DNA of 64,000 nt from Pristiophorus japonicus (lineage: Eukaryota): positions 110,484,001 to 110,548,000 of the forward strand of contig NC_091994.1 of NCBI RefSeq assembly GCF_044704955.1, given 5' to 3'. The notes beneath the pieces are model-generated. The model worked only from the letters and a program-made list of their open reading frames with translations, searched no databases and was not told where the DNA came from. Below are positions 49,554-63,458 of this stretch, one piece after another. Numbering within the stretch: the first letter of the stretch is position 1; each line of letters opens with the position of its first letter. Position numbers and translations under genes: made by a program.

Positions 49554-49924
49554 ATATAAATGCAAGTTGTTGTATAGTGGCACCTGTGGCGGTTATGGAT
49601 CAGCGTATTGTGTTTTTGTATTTTACTGTTGTGGCATTTCGCTGTATCTTTAACAGGTTATAGTAACAGATAAGGGAACCTGCAAATGATGTAGTGTAAA
49701 TTATGTTTAGAAAGATCAGTGAAATATTTGTTCTGTTTTCGCGTGGGTATAATATATCTGTGTGCTACACGTAGTAAATTCTACAAAGAGACACAAGATA
49801 TTTTTATATGGCATACGGATGTTAAAACTTCATCAGTATCTTCTCAACACTATCTGATGCTTTGTTTGTGTGGGCCACATAGCTGTGTACCGTGGTGTTT
49901 CGTTGACCATGAAGTTTGAATCCA

Positions 49925-50116
49925 TAAGCAAAGGCAAAGTACTGCGGATGCTGGAAATCTGAAATTAAAACAGAAAATGCTGGAAACACTCAGCGGGTCA
50001 GGCAGCATCTGTGGAGAGAGAAAGAGAGTTAATGTTTCAGGTCAATGACCTTCATCTCTTTTTCTCTCTCTACAGATGCTGCCTGACCTGAGTATTTCCA
50101 GCATTTTCTGTTTTTA
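49925..50116. mobile_element. Penelope-derived inverted-repeat element
   Basis: ~55-bp arms at 49967-50023 and 50061-50114; truncated hammerhead core in the loop on minus. Confidence 0.7.
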
Positions 50117-50409
50117 CTTAAGTTTGAATCCATGTTCCTGTTAATTGGCAGATATGTATTTCGAGTTGCTGTTTCTTTCAGAGTTTGGGCGTTATGATTT
50201 GGGAACTATCTACCAAAGAGCCCTTCACAAACAGCCAGACCCACAAATTGAAACGGGACAGACCAGCAAATAAGAAATACCAGTGCAAATTAGGAACAAA
50301 TTTCCTGACCCTTAAGAATTGGTTTCATAGGCCTTTTCTGGCCAACCTTAAGGAGCGATCCTGAATTGCCCCAGTGTTACCAGACAGAATGTTAAAATAT
50401 CATGGCAAA

Positions 50410-50765
50410 ATTATGAGGGGCCTAGATAGGGTGGCTAGGAAGGACCTATTTCCCTTAGCAGAGGGGTCAACAACCAGGGGGCATAGATTTAAAGTGATTG
50501 GTAGAAGGTTTAGAGGGGATTTGAGGGGAAATTTCGCGCCCAGAGGGTGGTGGGGGTCTGGAACTCACTTTTTGAAAGGGTGGTAGAGGCAGAAACCCTC
50601 ACCACATTTAAAAAGTACTTGGATGTGCACTTGAAGTGCCGTAACCTACAGGGCTACGGACCCAGAGCTGGAAAGTGGGATTAGGCTGGATAGCTCTTTG
50701 TTGGCCGGCACGGATAGGATGGGACAAAATGGCCTCCTTCTGTGCTGTAAATGTTTATGATTCTA
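50410..50765 (+). mobile_element. CR1 LINE 3' end
   Basis: KIMRGLDRV..FPLAEGSTTRGHRFK. Confidence 0.85.
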
Positions 50766-52344
50766 TACCCTAGGGCCCCACTACTATAATAAACAAACAA
50801 TAGTAACCACGCTTAATACACCCAACGGCGCGCGCGCACACACAGCCATTAAATGACAATGTTGTGAATATCAGTAAGGCACTTTATACTCTGCGGTGCT
50901 CACTCGACATGGAACTGGTTTCACAGGGCTCAAGGGTTGTACCCCAACTACCACAGTCTGAATAGTCCTGTTGGGACTGAACCTGCTTTTGTAAAGTTAA
51001 CTACCTTAAATTTAAAATGTCCTTTTTAATAATATAGCTGCTATGATATCCAAAAGAACATTTTTATAGTTCTCCCAATTTTTCTGCAATTATGGCCTAC
51101 CAAACGAAACGTCAACATCATTAAAACAGATTGGTCATTATCTCTCTGTGGGAGCTTGCTGTGTGCAAATTGGCTGCTGCGTTTCCTACATTGCAACAGT
51201 GACTACATTTCACAAAGTATTTAATTGGCTGTAAAGCGCTTTGAGATGTCCAGTGGCTGTGAAAGGAGTGATATAAATCCAAGTCTTTTTTTTCTTTCTT
51301 TCAAGTTTGTTGTTTACACGTTTATTACTTTAATTTTGACCCTTGCCCCGAAGCCAAGGAACAATTCCAGACCTGGTTTGAGCTTTATTTATTTGTATTC
51401 ATTTCAAAACGCTGTTGAATCTCTCCATATTTTACTGTGCACCGAGAGATTCATAGGTTACCCACTATAATACACAAGTTAGTTGGATTGAATAATATTT
51501 GGCTGCTCAGTATTTTCGAGTCGATAGAACCATTTCGCCCAAGCATGATCAATAATTACCGACTTCCCCTTCACGGCTGGTGCAGTATAACTGCAGCCCG
51601 GTACGATGCAAAGTTTCCTGGGAACATTTTAAACTTTTTGTTTTGAATGTTTTTTGTGTATTCGAGAGCTGACTGGACAAGACTACTGTGGAGAGGAGGA
51701 GTGTGGGTGCAGGGGAGTGTGGGTGGGTGTTATCACAGTCATGTCCGTATCCTGCCCCCTCCGGTGCCTACACACATGCAATCCCAGCGGGGTTTGCTGA
51801 CGTGGTTGAATTTTATCCTCTCCAGCCCAGGGGCACTGAGCCCAGTATCTCCAGGCACCCTCTGGCTGAAACCTAACTTTGCATAAACTAGGGACTGAAG
51901 CTAGGCTCTTCCTGATATGAATGAATCAGCTGCTCATTGGATAAACTCCATAAACTGTTGGGAGGAGCCTGCACTCACTAATCAAATGAGTCAATTTTTT
52001 TAAGGCTGCATCTATTTGCAACACCAGATTTCTGACTGGTCCCCTTGGAGAACCAGACACACCCAACAGTTTGTTTGCAATGTGTAATTTGACCCAGTCT
52101 TGCCAGCGAGCTTACAGAATGTGGAGAATGTGTTCTGCAATTGTAATTATGGAAACATAGAAAACATAGAAAATAGGTGCAGGAGTAGGCCATTCGACCC
52201 TTCTAGCCTGCACCGCCATTCAATGAGTTCATGGCTGAACATGCAACTTCAGTACCCCATAAGTTGTGCTTGGCTGCTAAAATAAAAGACTTTATAGTCC
52301 AGTTCACTTTTTTTCCTGAGACCTGCATTATCTTGCAGTGTTTT

Positions 52345-52785
52345 AAAAAATTTATTCACGGGATGTGTGCGTCGCTGGCAAGGCCGGCATTTATTGCCCA
52401 TCCCTAATTGCCCCTTGAACCGCTGCAGTCCGTGTGGTGAAGGTGCTCCCACAGTGCTGTTAGGGAGGGAGTTCCAGGATTTTGACCCAGCGACAATGAA
52501 GGAACGGCCGATATATTTCCAAGTCAGGATGGTGTGACTTGGAGGGAACTTGGAGGTGGTGGTGTTCCCATCCGCCTGCTGCCCTGGTCCTTCTAGGTGG
52601 TAGAGTCCGCGGGTTTGGGAGGTGCTGCCGAAGAAGCCTTGGTGAGTTGCTGCAGTGCATCTTGTAGATGGTACACACTGCAGCCACGGTATGTCGGTGA
52701 TGGAGGGAGTGGATGTTTAAGGTGGTGGGTGGGGTACCAATCAAGTAGGCTGCTTTGCCCTGGATGGTGTTGAGCTTCTTGAGCT
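52345..52785 (-). mobile_element. Non-LTR LINE 3' end (CR1/L2 group, distinct family)
   Basis: ORF 52460-52828 LNIHSLHHRHTVAAVCTIYKMHC..P..L. Confidence 0.75.
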
Positions 52786-52829
52786 CCCTGTTGTATATCT
52801 CTGTGATGCCCTTATACAGTTGATGCATA

Positions 52830-53495
52830 CATCATCATCATCATCATAGGCAGTCCCTCGGAATTGAGGAAGACTTGCTTCCACTCTTAAAACAAGTCCT
52901 TAGGTGGCTGAACAGTCCAATACATGAGCCACAGTCCCTGCCACAGATGGGACAGACAATCTTTGAGGGTAAGGGAGGGTGGGACAGGTTTGCTGCACGC
53001 TCCTTCCGCTGCCTGCGCTTGTTTTCTGCATACTCTCGGTGTTGAGACTCGAGGTGCTCAGTGCCCTCCTGGATGCACTTCCTCCACTTAGGGCGGTCTT
53101 TGGCCAGGGACTCCCAGGTGTCGGTGGGGATGTTGCACTTTATCAGGGAGGCTTTGAGGGTGTCCTTGAAATGTTTCCTCTGTCCACCTTTGGCTCGTTT
53201 GCCGTGTAGGAGTTCCGAGTAGAGCGCTTGCTTTGGGAGTCTCGTGTCTGGCATGCGAACAATGTGGCCTGCCCAGCGGAGCTGATCAAGTGTGGTCAGT
53301 GCTTCAATGCTGGGGATGTTGGTCTGGTTGAGGACGCTAATGTTGGTGCGGCTGTCCTCCCAGTGGAATTGTAGGATCTTGCGGAGGCATCGTTGGTGAT
53401 ATTTCTCCAGCGACTTGGTGTCTACTGGTCCATGTCTCTGAGCCGTACAGGAGGGCGGGTATTACTACAGCCCTTGTAGACCATGAGCTTGGTGG
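52830..53495 (-). mobile_element. RTE LINE 3' end
   Basis: MPDTRLPKQALYSEL..W, C-terminal CxxC..H zinc knuckle, (TGA)n tail. Confidence 0.9.
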
Positions 53496-54047
53496 TAGAT
53501 GTAGCGTAAGAAATAGTGTTTTTCACAGTCACCGCACAACTGAAAGTGCTTTATAGCCAATGAAGTACTTTTGAAATGTAGTCACCGTAGTCATGTAAGA
53601 AACACTGCAGACAATTTGTGCAAAACAAGGTCCCACAAACAATAATAAAATAAATGACTAGTTCATCATTTTTTTTTAAAAGGTGATGGTTGAGGGATTG
53701 ATTTTGGCCAGGACACTGGGGAGAACTCCAGGGGAAGGACTTTTGAACTAGGTAACACTGGGAGAATTGCTGGTGTTTGCAGGTATGTTACTGCTGGTAG
53801 AGGAGGAAACACCTTGAGGTGATTTGGAGTGCGTTTCCACTTCACACTGAGGCTAACTTTGTGTCTGTAAAGTTGAAGCCTGAGTTGGCTGGAGGTGGGA
53901 GGTGCTTTGTTCCAGTGTCGGATTGGACCTTCACTTTGTGCTGCGTATTGCTATCTGTGTGAAGAGGTAATTGCTTCTCACCAACACTACGCTTGTGGTT
54001 TAAGAGTATCACACAAAGATCTGTTGGCACAACAAAATGTATTTCAT

Positions 54048-54930
54048 GATTCAAAGAGGCTGCAGGAGGACGTAGACAGGCTAAGTGAGTGGGCAAGAAT
54101 TTGGCAGATGGAGTAAAATGTTGGAAAGTGTGAGGTCATGCACTTTGGCAGAAAAAAAATCAAAGAACAAGTTATTTATTTAAATGGAGAAAGATTGCAA
54201 AGTGCCACAGTACAGCGGGTCCTGGGGGTACTTGTGCATGAAACACAAAAGGATAGTATGCAGGTACAGCAAGTGATCAGGAAGGCCAATGGTATCTTGG
54301 CCTTTATTGCAAAGGGGATGGAGTATAAAAGCAGGGCAGTCTTGTTACAGTTGTATAGGGTATTGGTGAGGCCACACCTGGAATACTGCGTGCAGTTTTG
54401 GTTTCCATATTTACGAAAGGATATACTTGCTCTGGAGGCAGTTCAGAGAAGGTTCACTCGGTTGATCCCGGGGATGAGGGGGCTGACTTATGAGGAAAGG
54501 TTGAGTAGGTTGGGCCTCTACTCATTGGAATTCAGAAGAATGAGAGTTGATCTTATCGAAACGTATAAGATTATGAGGGGGCTTGACAAGGTGGATGCAG
54601 AGAGGATGTTTCCACTGGTGGGGGAAGACTAGAACGAGAGGGCATGATCTTTGAATAAGGAGCCGCCCATTTAGAGCTGAGATGAGGAGAAATTTCTTCT
54701 CTGAGGGTTGTGAATCTGTGGAATTATCTGCCTCAGAGAGCTGTGGAAGCTGGGACATTGAATAAATTTAAGACAGAACTAGACAGTTTCTTAAACGATA
54801 AGGGGTTATGGGGAGCAGGCAGGGAAGTGGAGCTGAGTCCATGATCAGATCAGCCATGATCTTATTGAATGGCAGACCAGGCTAGAGAGGCCGAATGGCC
54901 TACTCTTGCTCCTATTTCTTATGTTCTTGT
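54048..54930 (+). mobile_element. CR1 LINE 3' region
   Basis: ORF 54138-54632 with CR1 ORF2 motifs. Confidence 0.92.
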
Positions 54931-55329
54931 GAAGTACAATTTTTCGTAGTGTATTGATACCAATATACCTAATAAACTTGGTGGCAGCACTGATGTGATT
55001 ATACACTGAACGTTTATAGACAATATGAATTACTGGGTTATTGAGCAGCTAACATAACTATTATTTTAAAAAAGAATTTGAGATGTATACCTGGAAACCA
55101 TAGACCAGTACATTTATTATCTGTTGAAGTGTGAGTTTTTGAAATGCTCTTGAGCAAACTACTGGATGAAAATCATAACTCTCGAAAGTATTTTTGGCAT
55201 AAATTCAGGAGAGGAGGGTTATATTTAACTAGCTGAGAGTAATTTTTCAAAATGCTATTGACCTGCTGGATGGGGATCAGCAGCTGATATTAGAGATTGG
55301 AATTTTCAGAAAGATTGTGACACTGAAAA

Positions 55330-55730
55330 AGACATGCTTTCATTTATATAGCGCCGTTCATCACCACCGGATGTCTCAAAGCGCTTTACAGCCAATGAAG
55401 TATTTTTGGAGTGTAGTCACTGTTGTAATGTAGGAAACTCGGCAGCCAATTTGCGCACAGCAAGCTCCCACGAACAGCAATGTGATAATGACCAGACAAT
55501 CTGTTTTAGTGATGATTGAGGTATAAATGTTGGCCAGGAACACCCGGGGATAACTCTCCTGCTCTTCTTCAAAATGGGGCCGTGGGATCTTTTATAAGCG
55601 AGCAGACGGGGGCCCTCGATTTAACAGCACAGCCGAAAGATGGCACCTCCGACAGTGCGGCGCTCCCTCAGCACTGCACTGGGAGTGTCAGCCTAGATTT
55701 ATGTCCTCAAGTCCCTGGAGTGAGACTTGA
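55330..55730 (-). mobile_element. Deu-domain SINE
   Basis: Tail and Deu core in reverse complement. Confidence 0.8.
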
Positions 55731-56377
55731 TGGGCAAGATGTGTCATAGAATAGGAGACAAAGTGAGATGCTGGGTAGAAAATTGGTTTAGAAGCAGGAT
55801 AATCATTATGGGAATTTTTCAGATTAGAAAGAAGTGGGTGGGTCCCTTACTAATTTTAATATATATTTATAATTTAGACAAGCGTGTTGTAAGCAAAATG
55901 ACCAGCTTTTCATCTTATGCTAGTTTATGCTAATTCAGATTATGCTCGTGAAGTACAGTACAAAAAAGATTTGGAAGGACTTTAGTCGTTTTGGTAATTG
56001 GCTGCAGCAATTTAATGTGCATAAATATAAAATAATTAGTATGGGAGCAAACCAAAAAGAGGAGCATGAATTTAATACAACAGTGATACTGCATGCTGCT
56101 GATGAAAAAGATCTAGGGGTTATAGTGGATAACTTTGCAATCTTGAGCACTATGATTAGCAAACCTGATATTGGATTGTATCAGCAGAGGGCAGGATGGA
56201 AATCTGAAAGAGATTTATTGCTGTGCAAGGTGCTGGTCATACCCAATCTCTGGGGTACAGTGAACAGTTCTTGCCACCTAATCACAGGAAGGTTAGCACA
56301 GTCCTAATGCTGACCTCTATGGCTCTTTCAGCTTCCTCCTTTGCATATTTTGACATGATTCGTGGAGTATGTACATT

Positions 56378-57424
56378 GACCCGGAGTTTGCAGTCGGCGG
56401 TGAAGCAAAGGCGTTTGCCCCTCGTCCCCGAGGTAAGCTTCGCACAAAGATCTCGCGTACTCTGTGTCGAAGTTCGGGTTCTCCGATCAACGGAGTATAG
56501 TGGGGATCCCTGAGTGCCAGCTGCTGTGACGTCAACAAGCTGTCTAAGCAGCCAATCAAAATACAGAATACTCACAGGCAGCAAACCAGGAAGTGGGTAA
56601 GCTCTTGAAATTCTATCTTTAAAAAATGTTAGAGAGCAGAACAAAGACTGGGGCGCTCTCATGGGGCACAGGCAATCCTGAAATCAAGATGAACAACCAT
56701 GTTAATTTTAAAAAATGGATACATTTAACACTGAACAAAATAACAATTAGTTTTTCAGGGCTGTAACCTTTCTTTAGCCGTCAATACGCTGTTGAAACCC
56801 CAGCGACATCTCATCCCTTTGGGTCTAACTTGGTGTGGGATATTTAACAGCGTAATTACCAGGGAAGCCTCCTTGGAAAAAGTACAACATCCCCACCGAC
56901 ACCTGGGAATCCCCGGCCCAAGACCGCTCAAAGTGGAGGAGCAGCATCCGGGGAAGGCACCCAACACCTCGAGTCTCTTTGCCAGGAGCACGCGGAAGCC
57001 AAGCTTAGACAGCGGAAGGAGCGCACGGCAACCCAAGCCCCCCCCCCCCCCCACCCACCACCCGTCCCTCCAACCACCGTCTGCCCCACCTGTGACAGAG
57101 ACTGTAGGTCCCACATCGGGCTCATCAGTCACCTGAGAACTGGTGTTAGTGTGGAAGCGTCATCCTCGCCTCCGAGAAACTGCCTCGGAAGAAGAAGACC
57201 AGGGAAGAACCTAAGTTTTCACCGGTTTCCTTGATTTGAGAGATTTCAGTGATTACTGGCTCTGTGCGCAGTGGATCCACAATGCAGCGTGTGGAGGAGC
57301 AGTGAATGACTGACCACAGCTTCAGGATTTCATTCACCAAATCCCAAAGTTGTGGTCCGTTTCAAAGGCGGAATGACGGTGAGCGCTGCCAGTTCTCCAT
57401 CATCCCCACCGCAAATTCCCGGCC
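56378..57424. mobile_element. Non-autonomous DNA transposon with imperfect TIRs, hosting an RTE 3' fragment (56868-57197)
   Basis: Ends GACCCGGAGTTTGCAGT / ACCGCAAATTCCCGGCC (13/17 match); RTE TSD ACCAGGGAAG at 56858-56867 and 57198-57207. Confidence 0.55.
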
Positions 57425-57744
57425 AGCGGTCTTTACTTTCCTCCAATGTGCAGTATTTTACATTTATCCATACTGAATTTCAACTCCACTTACTTCAATT
57501 CATCCCAACTTGTATCTGCCTTCCTCAGATCCGACTGCCACCCCCACTCCCGAGTTTGTTCCGGGTATTTGGAAAGATCTGCTTGTGAATACAAGTTGTT
57601 TGAATGTAAATTAGATGTAGTGGGGGTCTCCACACACAATCCTGGGGCACCCCACACATTCCTTCCCTAACCAGTACCCGGTGCTGCTTCTCATCAGCCA
57701 ATTCATTATTCATTCTCTGCTTTCTCCCTCTTGATGTCATTAAC

Positions 57745-58232
57745 AATTAGGAACAGGAGTCGGCCATTCGGCCCCTCGAGTCTGCTCCGCCATTCAATGA
57801 GATCATGGCTGACCTTCGACCTCAACTCCACTTTCCTGCACTATCCCTATATCCCTTGATTCCCCTAGAGTCCAAAAATCTATCGCTCTCTGACTTTAAA
57901 TATATTTGACTAAGCATCCACAGCCCTCTGGGTAGAGAATTGCAAAAATTCACCACCCTCTGAGTGAGGAAATTTCTCTCCTTCAGTCTTAAATGGCCGA
58001 CCCCTTATTCTGAGACTGTGACCCCTGGTTCTAGACGCCCCAGCCCGGGGGAAACATCCTCCCTGCATCTACCCTGTCAAGCCCTGTAAGAATTTTGTAT
58101 GATTCAATGAGATCACCTCTCATTTTTCTAAACTCTAGAGAATATAGGCCTAGTCTGCTCAATCTCTCCTCATAGGACAATCCTCCCATCCCAGGAATCA
58201 GTCTGGTGAACCTTCGTTGCACTCCCTCTATG
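57745..58232 (-). mobile_element. CR1 LINE 3' end
   Basis: [21 protein letters not shown]. Confidence 0.88.
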
Positions 58233-58882
58233 TCCTGCCACCTTAAGCTGGGGTAGCAGCATTTCATGAAGATTCTGGGGAAATGTCAGGCCATAACATA
58301 GGGCTTTCCACATTCCATTGGGAATGTATTGTCCTCAGAAACACCAAGCAGGCGAGTCACACAGGGGTGTCCCCTCCTGCCGTGGTGTTCGCTGCTGTTA
58401 ATTGCTTATTATCACACTAAATATTTTTCATGCACTGCTTTGGGTATTTTTTTGGTTTCACAAGATCCAGATTTAATTGTGTCTGATGCAGCAATCCTGC
58501 CAATGCATCACCATCCTATAGTTTAAAAAGCTGTTTGTCTTTTATGTGCAAAGAACAGTTCCTGTTTGCACATCGGCAATTTAGTATCTGTCCTGCCCAC
58601 GTGTTTACGTGGTGTGATTTTAAGTTGTACCGAGGTTTGTTTTTTGACTGAGCTTAACTTTGAAAAGAAGGTGTTGCAGGCATGTTGTAAAATTTGGCAC
58701 TGATTTGGAAAGCCTTTCCTCAATTCTATGTTTCAATCAATTGGACAGATGGGTGGAAAGCAGTACAGTATCAGAATCATCCGAGTTTAATCTCTCTCTC
58801 TCTGTTATCAAACTCACAGTGAACATTTTTATATTTTGTATAATTGTGCTGTTCCATTATGCCCAACATTGTCCATCTTCAG

Positions 58883-59340
58883 TGTCAGCTGTGGCTCACT
58901 GGGCAGCACTGTCGCCTCTGGGTCAGAAGGTTGTGGGTTCAAGAGACTTGAGCACATAAAAAATCTAGGCTGACACTCCCAGTGCAGTGCTGAGGGAGCG
59001 CTGCACTGTCGGAGGTGCCATCTTTCGGATGAGACATTAAACCAAGGCCGCGTCTGCATTCTTGGGTGGACGTAAAAGATCCCATGGCACTATTTTGAAG
59101 AAGAGCAGGGGAGTCATCCCTGGTGTCCTGGCCAATATTTATCCCTCAATCAACATCAATAAAACTGATTATCTGGTCATTATCACATTGCTGTGCGGGG
59201 GAGCTTGCTGTGCACAAATTGGCTGCCGTGTTTCCCACATTACAACAGTGACTACACTCCAAAAGTACTTCATTGGCTATAAAGCGCTTTGAGACATTCG
59301 GTGATCGTGAAAGTGCTGTATAAATGCAAATCTTTCTTTT
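58883..59340 (+). mobile_element. Deu-domain SINE, full length
   Basis: A-box-like TGGCTCAC/GTGG, B-box-like GGTTCAA, Deu core, L2-like tail; followed by an inverted tail fragment at 59370-59450. Confidence 0.88.
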
Positions 59341-60249
59341 TTGTTTCTTTTAAAAAGAGGCTTTAAAGATTTCTTTATATAGCGCCTTTCACGATCACCA
59401 GACGTCTCAAAGCACTTTACAGCCAATGAAGTACTTTTTGAAGTGTTGTAATCTAGGGATAAATCTCGAACACTGATAATATAGATTGATCTTCCCACCC
59501 AATCACATATTCAACAGTCTGCTTTACAATTGGTTTGCAAAAAGGTTAAAACTGTTTTCTGTTTTTGATTGGGGGGGGGGGGCGGGGGAAATAAGAATTC
59601 TTGATAAAGTACACCATATAATAGAATGAAGAATTGGAGATGTTGCCAGCAGTATTGGTAAAGCATGCAACAATACTGCCGAGATGGTTGTGACACTTCA
59701 GGACAAAATAGATCTTTAAAGTTGCAGTTAACAAGTGCGGGAACAATTTCCAGCAAACGACTCATTTAAAATGTGCCTGGTGTGCTAAATTGATGTTTGG
59801 CGCCACCATGTGGTGAAACCAATGAATGTGATTACTTTTTGTTCCCTTAAATGCAACTTTAAAATGCTGCGTATCATTTCAACCTGAGGTCCTTAGTTTT
59901 CTGTCCATCAGTCAGATGATATTTCTGTATTGTTCCATATTTGGAAACTTACTCGCATATTCTTTCTGTTGCTATCTCTATAAAAAATGTTTTCTGTAAT
60001 GGTCGCGTTGTTTTTCTTTGGGTAACTGTCGCCATCTTTTGGAAGTTAGGACACGTGTTTGCAGATGGCCTGCCCACGTGGGAAAGAGTTGGAAGCCACT
60101 TATTGAAGACACTTGCTGCCTTCCTTCAAATATAGCTTTTTGTTGCATGAATCAGACTGATTCATAGACACCAAAGTTACAAAAGAGTTACGAATAGAAA
60201 TAAAATAATTTTCCATGGGGCGACATGTTTTGCAGATATTACACTCCTT

Positions 60250-60560
60250 GGGCTGGATTTTCGAGGGATTTGCGACCATTTTAGTGCTTGGGCGAAGTGC
60301 TAAAACGAGTTTTTTGGCGCGCCGGGGCAGAACTTTCGGCAGCGGTTTTGCGGTGGCGCTAAAACTTAACGCCCGCCCGATGTTTTGAGCATTTGGATGA
60401 CGTCAATTGTTGTGCAACGCTGCGCTAGTGCCCCGGGTGGAACTTTCGAGCATATCGCCCGATTTAGCGTTCGTCCGGGAACCCGCCAGCAAAAAGCAGT
60501 CTCGCCCAGGGTGCACCTGGCGCTGACGGCGCCATCTTGAAAACCGAGGACAGATAATTT
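60250..60560. mobile_element. Harbinger-like left terminus and subterminal CpG-rich region
   Basis: Starts GGGCTGGATTTTC, similar to the MITE TIR at 13960; lies upstream of the transposase remnant. Confidence 0.55.
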
Positions 60561-61689
60561 TAACGCTGTTTTGTAAGGATATAAAATTGTTGAAGTTAAT
60601 AAAAATTTAGAAGTTTACTACAGTGCTGATCTTTTTTCCTGTAACTCAAAACCTGTATATCCTTGGCATTTGGAGGGAATAGACGATGTCACTTTTTACC
60701 TTGCTTTAGTGTCTAATATGTTAAACTTTCTGTTCTGAGCAAGTTTTTTCTTGTGTTTATGGATCACTCTGTCAAACAGCTATTGCTCACTTCATTGGCA
60801 TTACTGGGCTGTTTTCTTCTCTTCAAAGCCAATAATGGCTCACCACTGTCCTGGCTGAGATTGTTAATACGGATTCTTTTTCCCTCAATCTGTTTAAGCG
60901 AATACACTGACACGCGAACACCTCTTGCCTTTTCTGTAAAAGACCTTTATTGAAGATTCTCCGGCCGGGACTTGTCAAGACAAAGGGACACTCTCAATCA
61001 GAGCCTGTTTACCTTCCCTTGGACAAGTCCCTTTTCAGCGCGAAAAGCACAGTAGATATACATTTTCAAAACAGAACACATTTGATTAGCACTTGGTCTA
61101 TCCAATCCCTTTCTGCCTCCCCCCCCCCCTCCCGAGTACGTCCAATGGCAGGCAAGAAAGTCTCCCAATTAGGGCTGGTGTCAGGTAGGTTAGTTATAGC
61201 TTTGCTACACTGTCTTCCCTTATCGGTAAAGAACCTAATTAGTTTCTCTCCCTCCTTATCAGTAGAAGCTATTACTTTTCCCTTCCTATCTTTCTTTGTG
61301 CTGCCTTGGGCTTTCTCATGACCCGTGTCTAACCTCAACTTCAGCTCTTGGTAACCCCTTTTTTTTCTGTTGATTCTGCAGTTGTCTGCATCTTGACCAT
61401 TTCTTTAGCTATTTTCCCATGATTCCCTATCTCCATCCTTTTGCCACCTTCTCTAGCCATCTACCACTTTCGCAACCCTTTTACACATTCTCAAGATCAG
61501 CAAACGTTGCACAGGCCAGTGGGTTAGACCGGAGACCTGTTTGATCTGCAGACCCGTTTGTAATGTTCCATTTTCTTCATCTAGTGAAAGTGAGTGGAGG
61601 GGTAGGGAAAGGCACGGCCAGGCACAGCCTGTCCTCATCTCGAAGGTTCACTAAACCACCCGTCATTGTCTTGGGACATAAGGCAATTA

Positions 61690-62178
61690 TCATCATCATC
61701 ATCATAGGCAGTCCCTTGGAATCGAGGAAGACTTGCTTCCACTCCTGAAGTGAGTTCTTTGGTGACTGAACAGTCCAATACGAGAGCCACAGTCCCTGCC
61801 ACAGGTGGAACAGATAGTCGTTGAAGGAAAGGGTGGGTGGGACTGGTTTGCCGCACGTTCCTTCCACTGCCTGCACTTGATTTCTGCACGCTCTCGGCAT
61901 TGAGACTCGAGGTGCTCAGCGCCCTCTCGGATGCACTTCCTCCAATTAGGGTGGTCTTGGGCCAGGGACTCCCAGGTGTCAGTGGGGATGTTGCACTTTA
62001 TCAGGGAGGCTTTGTGGGTGTCCTTGTAGCGTTTCCGCTGCTCACCTTTGGCTCGTTTGTTGTAAAGGAGCTCCAAGTAGAGCATTGGTTTGGGAGTCTC
62101 GTGTCTGGCATGCGGACTACGTGGCCTGCCCAGCGGAGCTGATCGAGTGTGGTCAGTGCTTCAATGCTGGGGATGTTA
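61690..62178 (-). mobile_element. RTE LINE 3' end
   Basis: ORF 61702-62085; (TGA)n tail. Confidence 0.9.
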
Positions 62179-62403
62179 TATAGTGGCCAATTGCTGTCTT
62201 GACTAATTCAGTATCAAAAAGGATTTGGAGAAGAAGGCTGCGTTTATCATGAAGTTTATAGTTCGTTGTAAAAGACATTTTAAAAGATGGGGGGGGGGGG
62301 GTCCATGCTATGTCAGCCATTATTTCTGGCTGCTATATTTATACAGTGTCGAACTGCAAGAAGGCTTATTGATCATTTTGAATGTAATCGAGGTTGCAGA
62401 CGT

Positions 62404-63458
62404 ATGGGAAGGAGGCCGTACACCCCCCATTGCTCATACCTGCAGCTCTCTGAGGCACAGTACGTTTGAAGGCTGCGCTTCTGAAAAGAAGTGCTGACTG
62501 AGATATGCCAGCTCTTGCAGGCAGACCAACAGCCTACCAGCGGTGACTGCACTGCCCGTCGAGGTGAAGGTCACTGCAACTCCTTTCAGGCATCAGCGGG
62601 GGACATATGCTCCATCTCCCAGTACGCTACACATTGCAGCATTCAGCAGGTGACCACTGCACTGTATGCACGCAGGATGGACTTCATAAACTTCCCAATG
62701 ACCAAGGAGGCCCAGAGTGAGAGGGCTGCAGGCTTTGGACGATTTGCTGGCTTCCCCGAGGTTCAGGGTGCCCCTGACTGTACACACATTGCCCTGTGAG
62801 CACCTTTACACAATCAACAGGTTTACCAAAATCCAAAGGGATTCCACTCCATGAATGTTCAGATCGTCTGCAACCATACCCAGTGCATCATGGCAGTCAA
62901 TGCCCAATATACAGGGAGCATCCATGATGCTTTCATCTTGCACGAGAGCACTGTCTCACGCATGGTACAGCGTCAACCACAAGGCCAGAGCTGGATGCTG
63001 CGGGGCAAAAGGTTATGGCCTCACCACCTGGCTCGTGACCCCCTCCGGGACCCTCAGACAGAAGCCGATTCTCGCTATATGAGAGCCATGCAGCCACACG
63101 CAACATCATCGAACAGACAATTGGAGTGCTCAAGCAGTACTTCCGATGCCTGGACCACTCTGGAGGCTGCCTGCGATACTCCCCTCAGCAGGTTGCTGAG
63201 TACATCTTTACAGGCAAAGTGGTGCGCTCTACGCTACACGACTTGGCCATTATGAGGGGACAGGATTGGCCATTATGAGGAGACTGTAGAACCACCTGAG
63301 GGGGTGGGGGGTCGGGAGGGAGGGGAGGGGAGGACGAGGAACCTGGTGAGGAACCCATGCCACCATCACCCCCACCATAACCACAGGGGAGGCATTGTGG
63401 AAATGTCTCTGATGCAAAAGCCTTGCGTCAGCAGCTCATAATTGAACACTTTGCTTGA
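62404..63458 (+). pseudogene. PIF/Harbinger DDE transposase (HARBI1-like), disrupted
   Basis: GFPEVQGAPDCTHIAL, KGFHSMNVQIVC, GSIHDAFIL, IEQTIGVLKQYFRCLD, acidic tail then RQQLIIEHFA*; stops and frameshifts present. Confidence 0.9.

Noticed and set aside
58883-58945. tRNA-like A and B boxes
   Set aside because: Head of a SINE; no cloverleaf
59799-59814. CTCF-like CCACATGGTGGCGCC on minus
   Set aside because: Two mismatches in core positions; unsupported without chromatin data
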